Shown here piece by piece: positions 39,206-49,637 of a DNA stretch of 64,000 nucleotides. The first letter of the stretch is position 1. Each line of letters starts with the position of its first letter. The DNA is from an uncultured Chloroflexia bacterium. Its GTDB lineage: Bacteria > Chloroflexota > Limnocylindria > Limnocylindrales > CSP1-4. Below the pieces are notes generated by a model. It did not search any database. It worked only from the letters and a program-made list of their open reading frames with translations, and was not told the origin of the DNA. The DNA lies in NCBI GenBank assembly GCA_963739885.1, contig CAVUCC010000001.1, positions 206,516 to 270,515 of the forward strand, given 5' to 3'. The position numbers and the translations under genes are program-made.

Positions 39206-40285
39206 TCAGCAGATCCGGGGCAGCTGCTCCCCCACCAGCATGTCGACGATCCGCTCACTGCCGACGAGGGTGCGGATCGTGACCATGCCCGGATGGTCCG
39301 CCACCACCTCGCCGATCCGGGCCGCCTCGGCACCCTCGGGGAGCGCCCGCATCGCCGCCAGCACCGCCTCGGCAGACACGGCCGGCACGATCGCCACCAG
39401 CTTGCCTTCGTTGGCCACGTGGAGCGGGTCCAGGCCCAGGAACTCGCAAGCGGCGCGGACCGGCCCCGGGATCGGGATCGCCGGCTCGTCGAGCACCATG
39501 CCGACCCGCGAGGTCCCGGCGATCTCGTTGAGCGCCGACGACAGGCCGCCGCGGGTGGGGTCGCGAAGCACGTGGACGTCCGGCTCCACCGCCAGGATCG
39601 CCGAGACCAGCCCGTTGAGCGCCTGGGTGTCCGACGCGATCTCGACCTCGAACTCGAGACCCTCACGAACGCTCATGATGGCGACCCCGTGGAGCCCGAT
39701 GGGGCCCGACACGATGACCGCGTCGCCCGGCTGCGCCCGGTCCGCGGCGGGCGCGACGCCCTCGGGCACCACGCCGATGCCGGCGGTGTTGACGAACAGC
39801 CGGTCGGCCGCACCGCGTCCGACGACCTTGGTGTCCCCGGTGACGATCCGCGCGCCGGCCCGCGAGGCCGCCTCCGCCGCGGAGACCGTGATGAGCCGAA
39901 GCTCCTCGAGCGGCAGGCCCTCCTCGATCACGTAGGCAAGGCTGATCGCCAGCGGCTGCGCACCCATCATCGCGAGGTCATTGAGGGTGCCGTTGACCGC
40001 GAGCTCGCCGATGTCGCCACCCGGGAACCGGATCGGCGACACCACGAACGAGTCGGTGGTGAACGCAAGCCGGCCGGCCGGCACGTCGACTACGGCGGCA
40101 TCGTTGAGCGGACCGCCGGGCGAGGCCGTGCCGAGCGCAGGTGCCAGGACGTCGCGCATCAGGGCGTTCGACAGCTGGCCACCCGAGCCGTGGCCCAGGA
40201 TCACCCGCTGGTCCTCGGGGATGGGCGCCGGGCAGGCGATGCCCTCGGCGTCGATCGTGACCCGGGGCTCGTCTGACGTGGTCAT
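39206..40285 (-). CDS. hypE: [NiFe]-hydrogenase maturation protein HypE
   Basis: AIR-synthase-like fold with a HypE C-terminal ...PRIC motif. ATGA overlap with hypD. Confidence 0.9.
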   Translation of the reverse strand: MTTSDEPRVTIDAEGIACPAPIPEDQRVILGHGSGGQLSNALMRDVLAPALGTASPGGPLNDAAVVDVPAGRLAFTTDSFVVSPIRFPGGDIGELAVNGTLNDLAMMGAQPLAISLAYVIEEGLPLEELRLITVSAAEAASRAGARIVTGDTKVVGRGAADRLFVNTAGIGVVPEGVAPAADRAQPGDAVIVSGPIGLHGVAIMSVREGLEFEVEIASDTQALNGLVSAILAVEPDVHVLRDPTRGGLSSALNEIAGTSRVGMVLDEPAIPIPGPVRAACEFLGLDPLHVANEGKLVAIVPAVSAEAVLAAMRALPEGAEAARIGEVVADHPGMVTIRTLVGSERIVDMLVGEQLPRIC

Positions 40286-41460
40286 CGCGCCGCCTCCTGG
40301 GGGGAGGATGCCACGGACGGGGACGAGGGCACGGGCACCAGCGGCAGGGCGCCGCTGAAGCCGCCCGTTGCGGCCAGGCCGCGGCCCGCGGCGTAGAACG
40401 CCGCGCACGTCCCCTCGGAGCTGACCATGGGCGCCCCCAGCGGCTGCTGCGGCGAGCACAGCGTCCCGTAGGCGGTGCATTCGAGCGGCGTCCGCTCGCC
40501 GGTGAGGATGGCGCCCGCGATGCAGGCCGGGTGCTCGTTGGTCCGGATGTCGCCCACCTCGAACCTGGTCTCCGCATCGAACCGCGCGTACTCGGGCCGC
40601 AACCGGTAGCCGGACATCGGGATCTCGCCCACGCCGCGCCACTTGCGGTGGCCGACCTCGAACACCTTGAGCACCTGCTGTTGCGCGGCGGGCACACCCT
40701 CGCGGGTCACCGCCCGCGTGTACTGGTTCTCGACCTCGAACCGCCCCTCCTCGAGCTGGCGGATCGCCATCAGGATGCCCTCGAGCAGGTCGAGCGGCTC
40801 GAACCCGGTGACCACGATCGGGACCCGGTACTTCGCGGCGATCGGCTCGTACTCGGTCCAGCCCATGATCGCGCAGACATGACCAGCGGCCAGGAACGAC
40901 TGGACCTGGTTGGTCGGCGAGTCGAGCAGGGCGGTCATCGCGGGTGGGACGAGGACGTGCGAGACGAGGACGCTGAAGTTGTCGATCCCGCGCCGGGCAG
41001 CCTCCGCCACGGCCATCGCGTTGGCGGGCGCGGTGGTCTCGAAGCCGACCGCGAAGAACACGACCTGGCGGTCGGGGTTGGCAAGCGCGATCTTCAGTGA
41101 ATCGAGCGGGCTGTACACGATCCGGACATCGGCGCCGCGGGCCTTGAGGGCAAGCAGGTCCGTGGTCGAGCCGGGCACGCGCAGCATGTCGCCGTAGCTG
41201 GTGAAGATGACGTCGGGCCGGGCCGCGATCGCCAGTGCCTTGTCCACCTGCTCGAGCGGCGTGACGCAGACGGGGCAGCCGGGACCGTGGATCATCCGGA
41301 CGCCCTCGGGCAGCGCCTCGTCGATCCCCTGCTTGACGATCGTGTGCGTCTGGCCGCCGCAGACCTCCATCATCGTCCACGGCCGGGTCGTGATCCGATG
41401 GATCTCGGTCAGCAATTTGCGGGCGAGCACGGGGTCGCGGTACTCGTCGAGGTACTTCAT
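40282..41460 (-). CDS. hypD: [NiFe]-hydrogenase maturation protein HypD
   Basis: [13 protein letters not shown] and FAVGFETT motifs. Confidence 0.9.
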   Translation of the reverse strand: MKYLDEYRDPVLARKLLTEIHRITTRPWTMMEVCGGQTHTIVKQGIDEALPEGVRMIHGPGCPVCVTPLEQVDKALAIAARPDVIFTSYGDMLRVPGSTTDLLALKARGADVRIVYSPLDSLKIALANPDRQVVFFAVGFETTAPANAMAVAEAARRGIDNFSVLVSHVLVPPAMTALLDSPTNQVQSFLAAGHVCAIMGWTEYEPIAAKYRVPIVVTGFEPLDLLEGILMAIRQLEEGRFEVENQYTRAVTREGVPAAQQQVLKVFEVGHRKWRGVGEIPMSGYRLRPEYARFDAETRFEVGDIRTNEHPACIAGAILTGERTPLECTAYGTLCSPQQPLGAPMVSSEGTCAAFYAAGRGLAATGGFSGALPLVPVPSSPSVASSPQEAAR

Positions 41461-41807
41461 GCGACCGGCTTTCCGGGCATCGACGGCGGCTGCGCCGGAT
41501 TGAAGGTGAGCGCCTCCGGTGTGTCGTCGCTCACGATCGCGGGCTGGTCCATCCCGGCACCCATCGTCATCAGCTCGGGCTCCATCACGCCCATGCTGTC
41601 GAGGATCTCGAGCGTCTTCAGCGCCTCGTCCTCGTCGACCTTCGAGATCGCGAACCCGACGTGGACGATGACGTAGTCACCGACCTCGATCTCGGGCAGG
41701 TACGCGAGGCAGGCGTCCTTGCGCACGCCACCGAAGTCGACCTTGCCCATCGCGAGCCCCGCCTCGTCGCGGATCTCGGTGACCTTGCCCGGAATGCCCA
41801 GACACAT
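41457..41807 (-). CDS. hypC: hydrogenase maturation chaperone HypC with an unusual ~30-aa Pro/Ala-rich C-terminal extension
   Basis: [10 protein letters not shown]-terminus (essential Cys2). 116 aa against the usual 75-90. Confidence 0.8.
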   Translation of the reverse strand: MCLGIPGKVTEIRDEAGLAMGKVDFGGVRKDACLAYLPEIEVGDYVIVHVGFAISKVDEDEALKTLEILDSMGVMEPELMTMGAGMDQPAIVSDDTPEALTFNPAQPPSMPGKPVA

Positions 41808-41811
41808 GCGA

Positions 41812-44274
41812 TCAGCCCTCCTGCCCCGCGGCCCGCGCCGCATTGAAGCCGGCGGGCAGGACCATCGTGGTCGCGCCTGCTGCCAGCCTGGCCGCGGCAA
41901 CCGCGGCCTGACCGTAGCTCACCCCGCCGTCGTTGACGGGAACCTGCCGGTTGATGAACGTCTCGAACCCGTCCCCGGCCAGCCGTCGGAGCATCGCCGA
42001 CGCCAGGCGCCGGTTCTGGAACACCCCGCCCGACAGGCAGACGATGCCCACGCCGGTGCGCGACCGGGCGTCCGCGAGCAGCTCGCGGGTCACCTCGATC
42101 ACGGTCTCCTGGAACGCTGCCGCCAGCAGGGCCACCGGCCTGTCGCTCGCGACGCCCTCGAGCAGGGCCGCCAGGGTGGGACGCGGGTCGTACACCTGCA
42201 GCCCGTCGCTGCGCCGGATCGCGAACGGAAGGGGGCCCGTCCGCCGCTCCCCGGCCGCGAGCTCGAGGTCGATGGCGGCCTGCGCCTCGTACTCGGCGAC
42301 GTCGCGGATCCCCAGCAACGCGGCTGCCGCGTCGAACAGGCGTCCCGCCGACGAGGCGATCGGTGCGTTGAGCCCGCGCGCGATCTGCTGTCGGACGAGC
42401 GCGACCTCGCGTGGATCGAGCCGCTCGAGGAGGGCCGGGGCAAGCGCCGGCAGATCGTCGCCGCTCCTGGATCCGGTCGCGCCGTCGTCGTCGAACGCCT
42501 CGGCCCCGAACAGGTAGCCCAGCGCCATCCGGTAGGGACGCCTCACCGCCAGCGCCCCGCCCGGCAGCGGCGCCCGGCCGAACCGTGCCAGCCGCGTGTA
42601 CCCGCGCAGATCGGCGAGCAGGATCTCGCCGCCCCACAACGTGCCGTCGTCGCCCATCCCCAGCCCGTCGTAGGCGACGCCCAGGAACGGTTCGGCCACC
42701 CCGTGCTCGGCCGCGCACGACGCCACGTGGGCATGGTGGTGCTGGACGGCGATCCGGCGATCGGCGGCGAACCGGTCGATCGCGTACTTGGTGGACAGGT
42801 ACTCCGGGTGGAGATCATGGACGACCACCTCAGGCTCCAGCGCCAGCAGCCGCGACAGGTGGGCGAGGCCGTCGGTGAACGCACGGTGGGTCGCCAGGTC
42901 CTCGAGATCGCCGTTGTGCGGGGCGACGTGGGCGCGAGCGCCCCGGGCGAGGGTGAACGTGTGCTTGAGCTCGGCGCCCACCGCGAGCAGCGGAACCGGC
43001 GTCGCGATCGGCAGCGGCATCGGCTCCGGGGCATAGCCGCGGGCGCGCCGCACGACCGACTCCCGGCGGGCCACCACGCGGGTGACCGAGTCGTCGTACC
43101 GGGCCCGGATCTCGCGATCGTGGGCAAGGAAGCCGTCCGCCAGGCCGCCCAGCCGGACCAGCGCGTCCTCGTCGTCGGTCGCCAGCGGCTCGTCCGTGAG
43201 GTTCCCGGAGGTGAGCACGATCGGACGCGCGACGGCCTCAAGCAGCAGGTGGTGGAGCGGCGTGTAGGGCAGGAACACGCCCAGCCGCCGGTTCCCCGCC
43301 GCGACGGACGGCGCCAGGGCGGGATGGCCATCACGCCGGGCTTCGAGCAGCACGATCGGCCGGGCGGGCCCGGTCAGCAGCACCTGCTCGAGGCGCCCGA
43401 TGCGGCATAGCGCCGCGGCCGCCTCCATGTCGCGGACCATGATCGCGAACGGCTTCGCCCAGCGGCGCTTCCGGTCACGCAGGCGGGCAACGGCGGCGTC
43501 GTCGGTGGCGTCGCAGGCGAGGTGGTAGCCGCCCAGACCCTTGATCGCGACGATCGCCCCGTCCGCCAGCGCGCCGACCACCCGCTCGAGGGCCGCCTCC
43601 TCGGCGGCGACCGGCGCCGGGGCGCCCGTGGGCCGCCAGGTCAGGCGGGGTCCACACGCGGGGCACGCAATGGGCTCGGCGTGGAACCGCCGGTCGGCGG
43701 GATTCCGGTACTCGGCTGCGCAGGCCGGGCACAGGGAGAACTGCCGCATCGTCGTCTGCTCGCGGTCGTACGGCAGCTGGTCGATGATCGTTGCCCGCGG
43801 CCCGCAGTTGGTGCAGTTGGTGAACGGATAGCGATACCGGCGGTCGGCGGGGTCGAACAGCTCCCGCAGGCAGTCGTCGCAGGTCGCGATGTCCGGCGGG
43901 AACAGCCGCTCGGTGGCGGCCGCGGCGACGCTCTCGTCGATGGCGAACGGGATCGGCAGCTCGTCGATCGGCAGCCCGTCCTCGCCCGGCGCAATCGCGG
44001 CAACGGTCACCCGGTCGACACGCGCGCGTGGCGGGGCATCGGTGCGCAGCCGACGCACGAAGACGTCGAGCGCGGCAGCCGGACCGGCGATCTCGATCTC
44101 GACCCGGCCCGCGGCATTTCTAATCCGGCCCGCGAGCGCGAGCTCGGTCGCCAGGCGCCACACGAACGGACGGAACCCGACACCCTGGACGACACCCTCG
44201 ACGATGACGGCCCGGGCGGCGTGCGCGGAGCTGGCGGCCGGGACGCACACGTCCGGGCGGACGGTTGCAGCCAT
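41812..44274 (-). CDS. hypF: carbamoyltransferase HypF
   Basis: One acylphosphatase domain, two CxxC...CxxC zinc fingers, a YrdC domain and a Kae1-like domain. 820 aa. Confidence 0.9.
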   Translation of the reverse strand: MAATVRPDVCVPAASSAHAARAVIVEGVVQGVGFRPFVWRLATELALAGRIRNAAGRVEIEIAGPAAALDVFVRRLRTDAPPRARVDRVTVAAIAPGEDGLPIDELPIPFAIDESVAAAATERLFPPDIATCDDCLRELFDPADRRYRYPFTNCTNCGPRATIIDQLPYDREQTTMRQFSLCPACAAEYRNPADRRFHAEPIACPACGPRLTWRPTGAPAPVAAEEAALERVVGALADGAIVAIKGLGGYHLACDATDDAAVARLRDRKRRWAKPFAIMVRDMEAAAALCRIGRLEQVLLTGPARPIVLLEARRDGHPALAPSVAAGNRRLGVFLPYTPLHHLLLEAVARPIVLTSGNLTDEPLATDDEDALVRLGGLADGFLAHDREIRARYDDSVTRVVARRESVVRRARGYAPEPMPLPIATPVPLLAVGAELKHTFTLARGARAHVAPHNGDLEDLATHRAFTDGLAHLSRLLALEPEVVVHDLHPEYLSTKYAIDRFAADRRIAVQHHHAHVASCAAEHGVAEPFLGVAYDGLGMGDDGTLWGGEILLADLRGYTRLARFGRAPLPGGALAVRRPYRMALGYLFGAEAFDDDGATGSRSGDDLPALAPALLERLDPREVALVRQQIARGLNAPIASSAGRLFDAAAALLGIRDVAEYEAQAAIDLELAAGERRTGPLPFAIRRSDGLQVYDPRPTLAALLEGVASDRPVALLAAAFQETVIEVTRELLADARSRTGVGIVCLSGGVFQNRRLASAMLRRLAGDGFETFINRQVPVNDGGVSYGQAAVAAARLAAGATTMVLPAGFNAARAAGQEG

Positions 44275-44444
44275 GGACCAAGCGTCTGCTGCCTGACCTC
44301 CTGCTCAACCTGCCGAACGGCCCTCATTCGACCCCCCTGACCGGACGGTCCCAGACGCCGCTTGGCCAGGCCATCCGGAGGGGGTTTCCCCGCTCGCCCA
44401 CGGCCCCGGCCTGACGAGCTCGGGGGCGGGCTCCGGGTCCGGGG

Positions 44445-45643
44445 TCAGGGACCGGGGGTCGCGGTCCCGTCCGAGCTGGTCGGGACCTCCGTAGGCGTCG
44501 CCGTCGGCTCAGCGATCGGCGCAGGGGTTGCGATCGGCGCAGGGGTTGCGGTCGGCGCAGGCGTCGGTGTCGGCGTAGGCCTGGCCGAAGGCGTTGCCGT
44601 CGGGGCGGGCGTCGGCGGTGGCGCCTCGGCGTCGGCGTGGGGGCCAACGTCGGTGCGGGCGTCGGCGCAGGCGTTGCCGTCGGGCGCGGCGCAGGCGTTG
44701 GCGCCAGGGTGGGCGCCGGCGTCGGTGTCGGTGTGGGCACCGGCTCCTCGGCCGGCAGTCCGCTTCGGACCGGCAGCAGGATGACCCAGCGGTGGTACCA
44801 CTCCGATGGGCCGTGGGACGGAGCCACGGCGCTTCGAATGGTCCCGGCCGTCAGCGGGTCGTCATACGGGCTGTCCGTCTCCCGATAGGCCTGGAAGCGA
44901 AGCCGGACCGGCCCGCGCTTGAGCTGCCGCTTGCTCAGACGCCGGTTTCTCGCGTTGTCGCGGCGGAGCGGATCCGACAGGTACACGTAACGCACGGCGA
45001 AGTGGTTCGAGACGCGGGGGTCCTCGCCGGTGACCACGTACCCGGTCATGACCTGGGCGTGCCCGCCGGCCCACCCCAGGATGCCCACCGGCATCCCGAG
45101 CCGGGCGATGGCCTTGACCGCCGCCTTGAGGGCGCGGTTCATCGTCTTGTAGGCACGATCCTGATACACCTGCTCGGCCGGGTCGGTCATCGCCGCCGCG
45201 CCCCAGCCGTAGGCGTTGAGCGCGTTTCGCCAGCCGTGCGCGTCGGACCCGGCTGACGTCGAGCGCAGCGTGTCGTTGGTGCGCTCGAACGCGAGGATCG
45301 AGGTCAGGTCTCGAGGGTTGGTGCTGCTGTTCTTGGCCCTGGTGGGCGTCCAGATGAACCCGTTGCCCCCCGTGCCATCGTAGGCGATGGTGTTGAGCAT
45401 GGTCATCGCCGACGCCGCGGTGCACGCCGTGTAGTACGGATCCTGGTACAGGAACGCGCTCGACACGTAGAGGTTGCGGCTCCAGGTCGCGGTCGCGGTC
45501 GCACCCGCGGGCACCACGCCCATCAGCACGATCGCGGCGAGGAGCGGCGCCAACAGCGCGCCAGGCCGCCTGCGAACCGCGCGCGGACCGGCTCGAAGCA
45601 GGGCACGGTCAGGGACGGCTGGCTCGATCTGTGGGCCTGTCAA
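44445..45643 (-). pseudogene. secreted papain-like (C39-like) cysteine peptidase domain protein with a Pro/Thr/Ala-rich C-terminal tail; frameshift inside the repeat near 44610
   Basis: Signal peptide, then Q-x5-C (QDPYYTACTAASAM) and downstream His (GGHAQVMTGYV). The (PTPAPT)n tail continues in ORF 44445-44801 in another frame. Confidence 0.55.
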
Positions 45644-45848
45644 GTTTCCCCCCGTGGCTGGACATCACGCAAGGGACGCAATGGGCAGCTCCAACCATCT
45701 GCCGCGGCCAGGGGTCGGTCAAGCCGTACCTTCGGCCCTGGGGGGCGGTTCCTGACGCGACGGAGAAGGTTTCGAGCGAGGGGCCCGCGACCCGACGATC
45801 GGGCACCCGGGAGCCGTTCGCCACACGGTCGCCGGTACACTTGCGGGC

Positions 45849-46854
45849 ATGGCCGGGACGAGTGCCGCCGCAGGCGGCGGAGGCGCAGCGCTCGAGGCCC
45901 AGGTCATCACCGTCGCCGGGCCGCGTCCCGCAATCTCACTCGGTGTGGTCGACGCCCACGATCACCTGATCCTCGATACGCCGGCGCTGCCGGGCCAGGC
46001 CATCGGCGACGTCGACCGGGTCGTGGAGGAGGTCCTCGACGCGCGCTCCACGGGTATCGCCTGCATCGTCGAGATGACCCCGATCGGTCTTGGACGGGAC
46101 CCGGCCGCGATGCGCCGAATTGCGGACGAGACGGGCGTCGCGATCATCGCGGCCAGCGGCTATCACCGCGATGCGCACTACCCGGCGGCCCACTGGGTCC
46201 ACGAGGCCACCGTGGAGACCCTGGCCGACCGGATCGTCGACCGACCTGACCGTGGGCATGCATCCGGCTGACTGGCTCGACCCGTCGCTGCCGCTGGACG
46301 CGGCACGGGCCGGAGCGATCAAGGGTGGCGCCTCGTACCACCGCGTCACCCGCGGCGAGCGGCGCCGGCTGGAGGCCATCGCCGGTGCCGCCGCGGCGAC
46401 CGGCGCCGCGGTCCTCGTCCACTCGGAGGTGGGCACGGCGGGCCACGAGATCGTCGACCTGCTCGAGGCGGGCGGTCTCGGGCCCGATCGGATCGCGCTT
46501 GCCCACCTCGACCGGAACCCGGACGCCGAGATCCACGCGGAGCTGGCCGATCGTGGCGTGACGCTCGAGTACGACACGATCGGCCGGACCAAGTACCACC
46601 CCGACAGCGTGGTCCTGGACCTGATCGAGGCGGTCGCCACGGCCGGGCACCTCGAGCGGATCGTCCTCGGGCTGGACCTCGGCACGCGCGACTACTTCCG
46701 CGCGTTCGACGGCGGCCCCGGGCTGCGCTATCTGATGGCGACGTTCGTGCCCAGGCTTCGCCGCCGGCTGGGGGACGAGGCGGTCGAGCGGATCCTGGTC
46801 AGCAACCCGGCCCGGCTGTACGCCCTTCGCCCCGCGGGTGAGAGCGCGTCATGA
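45849..46854 (+). pseudogene. phosphotriesterase-family (PTE/aryldialkylphosphatase-like) amidohydrolase, frameshift near 46240
   Basis: VDAHDHL (HxH metal site) and AASGYHRD are in frame 1. The rest (GASYHRVTRGE..., LVHSEVG, AHLDRNPD, LGLDLGTRD) is in frame 2. An extra C in gtcgacCgacctg explains the shift. Confidence 0.7.
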
Positions 46855-48149
46855 CCGCCGCGTACGACGTGGTCGTCATCGGCTCCGGGTCGGCCGGATC
46901 CGCGGCGGCCATCACGGCAGCACGGCACGGCGCCCGGGTCCTGCTGGTCGACCGCCTCGCGTTCATGGGCGGCACCTCGACCGCGGTGCTGGACACCTTC
47001 TACGCGTTCTACACGCCGGGCGAGCGACCGAGGCGGGTCGTCGGCGGTCTCGGCTGGGAGGTGGCGAGCGCGCTGCGCGAGGCGGGCGTCGCCTTCGAGC
47101 GCCCGAACACCTACGGCGCTGGTACGGGTGTCACCTACGATGCCGAGGCGCTCAAGGTCCTCTGGGAGCGACTGGCGACGGAGGCCCGCGTGGACCTCCT
47201 GCTGCACACCTGGGCGACCGGGGTCCGCGTGGAGCAGGGACGCCTGGCGGCCGTGCGGCTGTGGAACAAGGGCGGCGAGCGGTGGGTCGAGGCGGCCGCG
47301 TTCGTGGATGCGTCCGGCGACGCGGACGTATGCGCGTTCGCCGGGGTCCCCCACGACGCGCCCTCGAGCGCCCATCCCGTGCAGTCGCTCTCGACCCTGT
47401 TCAAGGTCGCCAACGTCGATGTCCCGCGGGCCTCGGCCGTGCCCAAGTCCGAGCTGTGGCAGCGCATGCGCGAGGCGGCGGCCAGCGGCGCCTATCACCT
47501 GCCGCGGGTGGAGGGCTCCTGGCACCGAACCCCATACGATGGCGTCGTGTTGGTCCACATGACCCGGATCCCGAACGTGGACGCGACGGATCCCGAGCAG
47601 CTCACGGCCGCCGAGCTCGAAGGCCGGCGCCAGGTGCAGGAGTACCACCGCTTCCTGCGCGACCGGGTGCCCGGGTTCGAGCGGGCGGTGATCGTGGCGA
47701 CCAGCCCGGCGATCGGCATCCGCGAGAGCCGGCGGGTGCATGGCGACTACCGGCTGACACGTGACGACGTCCTGGGCGGGCGCCGGTTCGACGACGAGAT
47801 CGCGCTGTGCGGCGCGCCGATCGAGGACCATCACGCGGGCGACGACACGGACTGGCGGTACGTGGGCGAGGGCGGCGTGTATGGGATCCCGTACCGGTCG
47901 CTGCTGCCGCAGGGCATCGAGGGCCTGCTGGTGGCCGGCCGCTGCTTCTCGGCAACCCACGATGCGCATGCGTCCGCCCGCTCGATGGCCACCTGCATGG
48001 CGATGGGCCAGGCGGCCGGGAGCGCGGCGGCGATGGCGGCGGCGACCGGCACGACGCCGAGGCAGGTCGACGCCGGCGAGCTTCGGGCACGCCTGGCGCG
48101 CGACGGCGCCCTGTTCGAACCGGTGAGCACCGAGGTGGCGGTGGCATGA
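46851..48149 (+). CDS. FAD-dependent oxidoreductase (FAD_oxidored family)
   Basis: YDVVVIGSGSAGSAAAITAARHGARVLLVD is a Rossmann dinucleotide-binding motif. 432 aa. Confidence 0.8.
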   Translation: MTAAYDVVVIGSGSAGSAAAITAARHGARVLLVDRLAFMGGTSTAVLDTFYAFYTPGERPRRVVGGLGWEVASALREAGVAFERPNTYGAGTGVTYDAEALKVLWERLATEARVDLLLHTWATGVRVEQGRLAAVRLWNKGGERWVEAAAFVDASGDADVCAFAGVPHDAPSSAHPVQSLSTLFKVANVDVPRASAVPKSELWQRMREAAASGAYHLPRVEGSWHRTPYDGVVLVHMTRIPNVDATDPEQLTAAELEGRRQVQEYHRFLRDRVPGFERAVIVATSPAIGIRESRRVHGDYRLTRDDVLGGRRFDDEIALCGAPIEDHHAGDDTDWRYVGEGGVYGIPYRSLLPQGIEGLLVAGRCFSATHDAHASARSMATCMAMGQAAGSAAAMAAATGTTPRQVDAGELRARLARDGALFEPVSTEVAVA

Positions 48150-48799
48150 CGGTCGAGGAGCTTCGGTCCGGTGGCGTCGCCCAGGCGGTGCGTCGCAGCC
48201 GGCTGATCGTGGTGCTTCGACGGGTCTCCCCGCTAGCGGCGCTGCTGGCCACCGTTGCCGAGCTGGCGGATGCCGGTGTCCGCGCGTTCGAGATCACCTT
48301 CGATGCGCCGTCAGCGGCGCCCGACCTGGCGGCCGTTCGGGATCATCTGGCCGCGCGGTCCGACGGCCCGTTCCTGGTCGGGGCGGGCACGGTCACCGAT
48401 CGCGACCAGCTCGAGGCCGCCCGCCGCGCCGGTGCCGACTTCGCGGTCGCGCCGCTGCTGGACACCGGGCTGGTGGCGGGCTCCATCGCCCGGGGCCTGC
48501 CGTTCATCCCGGGGGCATTCACGCCGACCGAGGTGGCGGCGGCGTGGGCGGCCGGGGCGACGTTCGTCAAGCTGTTCCCGGCCTCCGCCGTCGGTCCCTC
48601 GTTCGTCCGGGAGCTCCGCGGACCGATGCGCGAGGTGCCGCTGATCCCGACCGGCGGTGTGGACGGGACGAACGCGCGGGCATTCCTCGACGCCGGCGCA
48701 GCCGCGGTCGGGATCGGGAGCGCGATCGTGCGAGCGGACGCGGCCACTCGCCGCTCGATCGTGGCGGCCGTCCTGCCGGACACGAGCAAGGCGGGGTAG
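48146..48799 (+). CDS. eda: KDPG/KHG (Eda-family) aldolase
   Basis: RLIVVLRR, GVRAFEITF, GAGTV and KLFPA motifs of the 2-dehydro-3-deoxyphosphogluconate aldolase family. Confidence 0.75.
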   Translation: MTVEELRSGGVAQAVRRSRLIVVLRRVSPLAALLATVAELADAGVRAFEITFDAPSAAPDLAAVRDHLAARSDGPFLVGAGTVTDRDQLEAARRAGADFAVAPLLDTGLVAGSIARGLPFIPGAFTPTEVAAAWAAGATFVKLFPASAVGPSFVRELRGPMREVPLIPTGGVDGTNARAFLDAGAAAVGIGSAIVRADAATRRSIVAAVLPDTSKAG

Positions 48800-48804
48800 G
48801 CGGC

Positions 48805-49608
48805 ATGTCCCGGTTTGCCGGCCGAAACGTCCTGGTCACGGGCTCGACCGGCATGGCCGAGTCGGCGATCCGGGCCATCGCAGGCGAGGGCGGCTCCGTG
48901 TTCGCGGTCTCGCGGACGGAGGCGCATCTGCGCGCCCTCGCGGATGCCCTCGGATCGGTCGGGTCCAGGTTCGTCTGGCGAGTGGCGGACCTGCGTCGCG
49001 AGGCGGAGGTCGAGGCTGCATTCGACGCCTTCGACGCCGCCGTGGGCCGTCTCGACGCCGTGTACAGCGTGGCGGGCATCTCCGGACGGCGGTTCGGGGA
49101 CGGACCGCTCCACGAGGCCACGCTCGAGGGCTGGGACTCGACGCTGAGCGCCAATGCCACCAGCCAGTTCCTGGTCGCGCGGGCCGCCGTTCGGCGGATG
49201 CTGGCGCAGGCGCCGGACGCGGTGGGCAGCCGCGGCTCGCTGCTGTTGATGTCGAGCACCCTCGCCTCCCGCCCGGCGCCCGCCTTCTTCGCCACCCACG
49301 CCTATGCCGCCAGCAAGGGTGCGATCGAGGGCCTGGCCCGGGCGCTGGCGGCCTACTACGCGCCGCACGGGATCCGGGTCAACGTCATCGCGCCTGCCCT
49401 CATCGCGACGCCGATGAGCCGCCGGGCCCAGGACGATCCGGCGATCCTCGCCTACCTCGCCCAGAAGCAGCCGCTGGCAGGCGGCCCGATCGCCGCGGAG
49501 GCCGTGACCCCGACCGCGCTCCACCTACTGAGCGACGAGGCCCGGATGATCACCGGCCAGGTGGTCGCCGTCGACGGGGGCTGGAGCGTCAGCGAGCCAC
49601 GCGCGTAG
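48805..49608 (+). CDS. SDR-family oxidoreductase
   Basis: VLVTGSTGMAESAI (TGxxxGxG-like) and a YAASK catalytic motif. Confidence 0.8.
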   Translation: MSRFAGRNVLVTGSTGMAESAIRAIAGEGGSVFAVSRTEAHLRALADALGSVGSRFVWRVADLRREAEVEAAFDAFDAAVGRLDAVYSVAGISGRRFGDGPLHEATLEGWDSTLSANATSQFLVARAAVRRMLAQAPDAVGSRGSLLLMSSTLASRPAPAFFATHAYAASKGAIEGLARALAAYYAPHGIRVNVIAPALIATPMSRRAQDDPAILAYLAQKQPLAGGPIAAEAVTPTALHLLSDEARMITGQVVAVDGGWSVSEPRA

Positions 49609-49637
49609 CGCGGCGACGCCGCAGGTCCGAGGACGGC

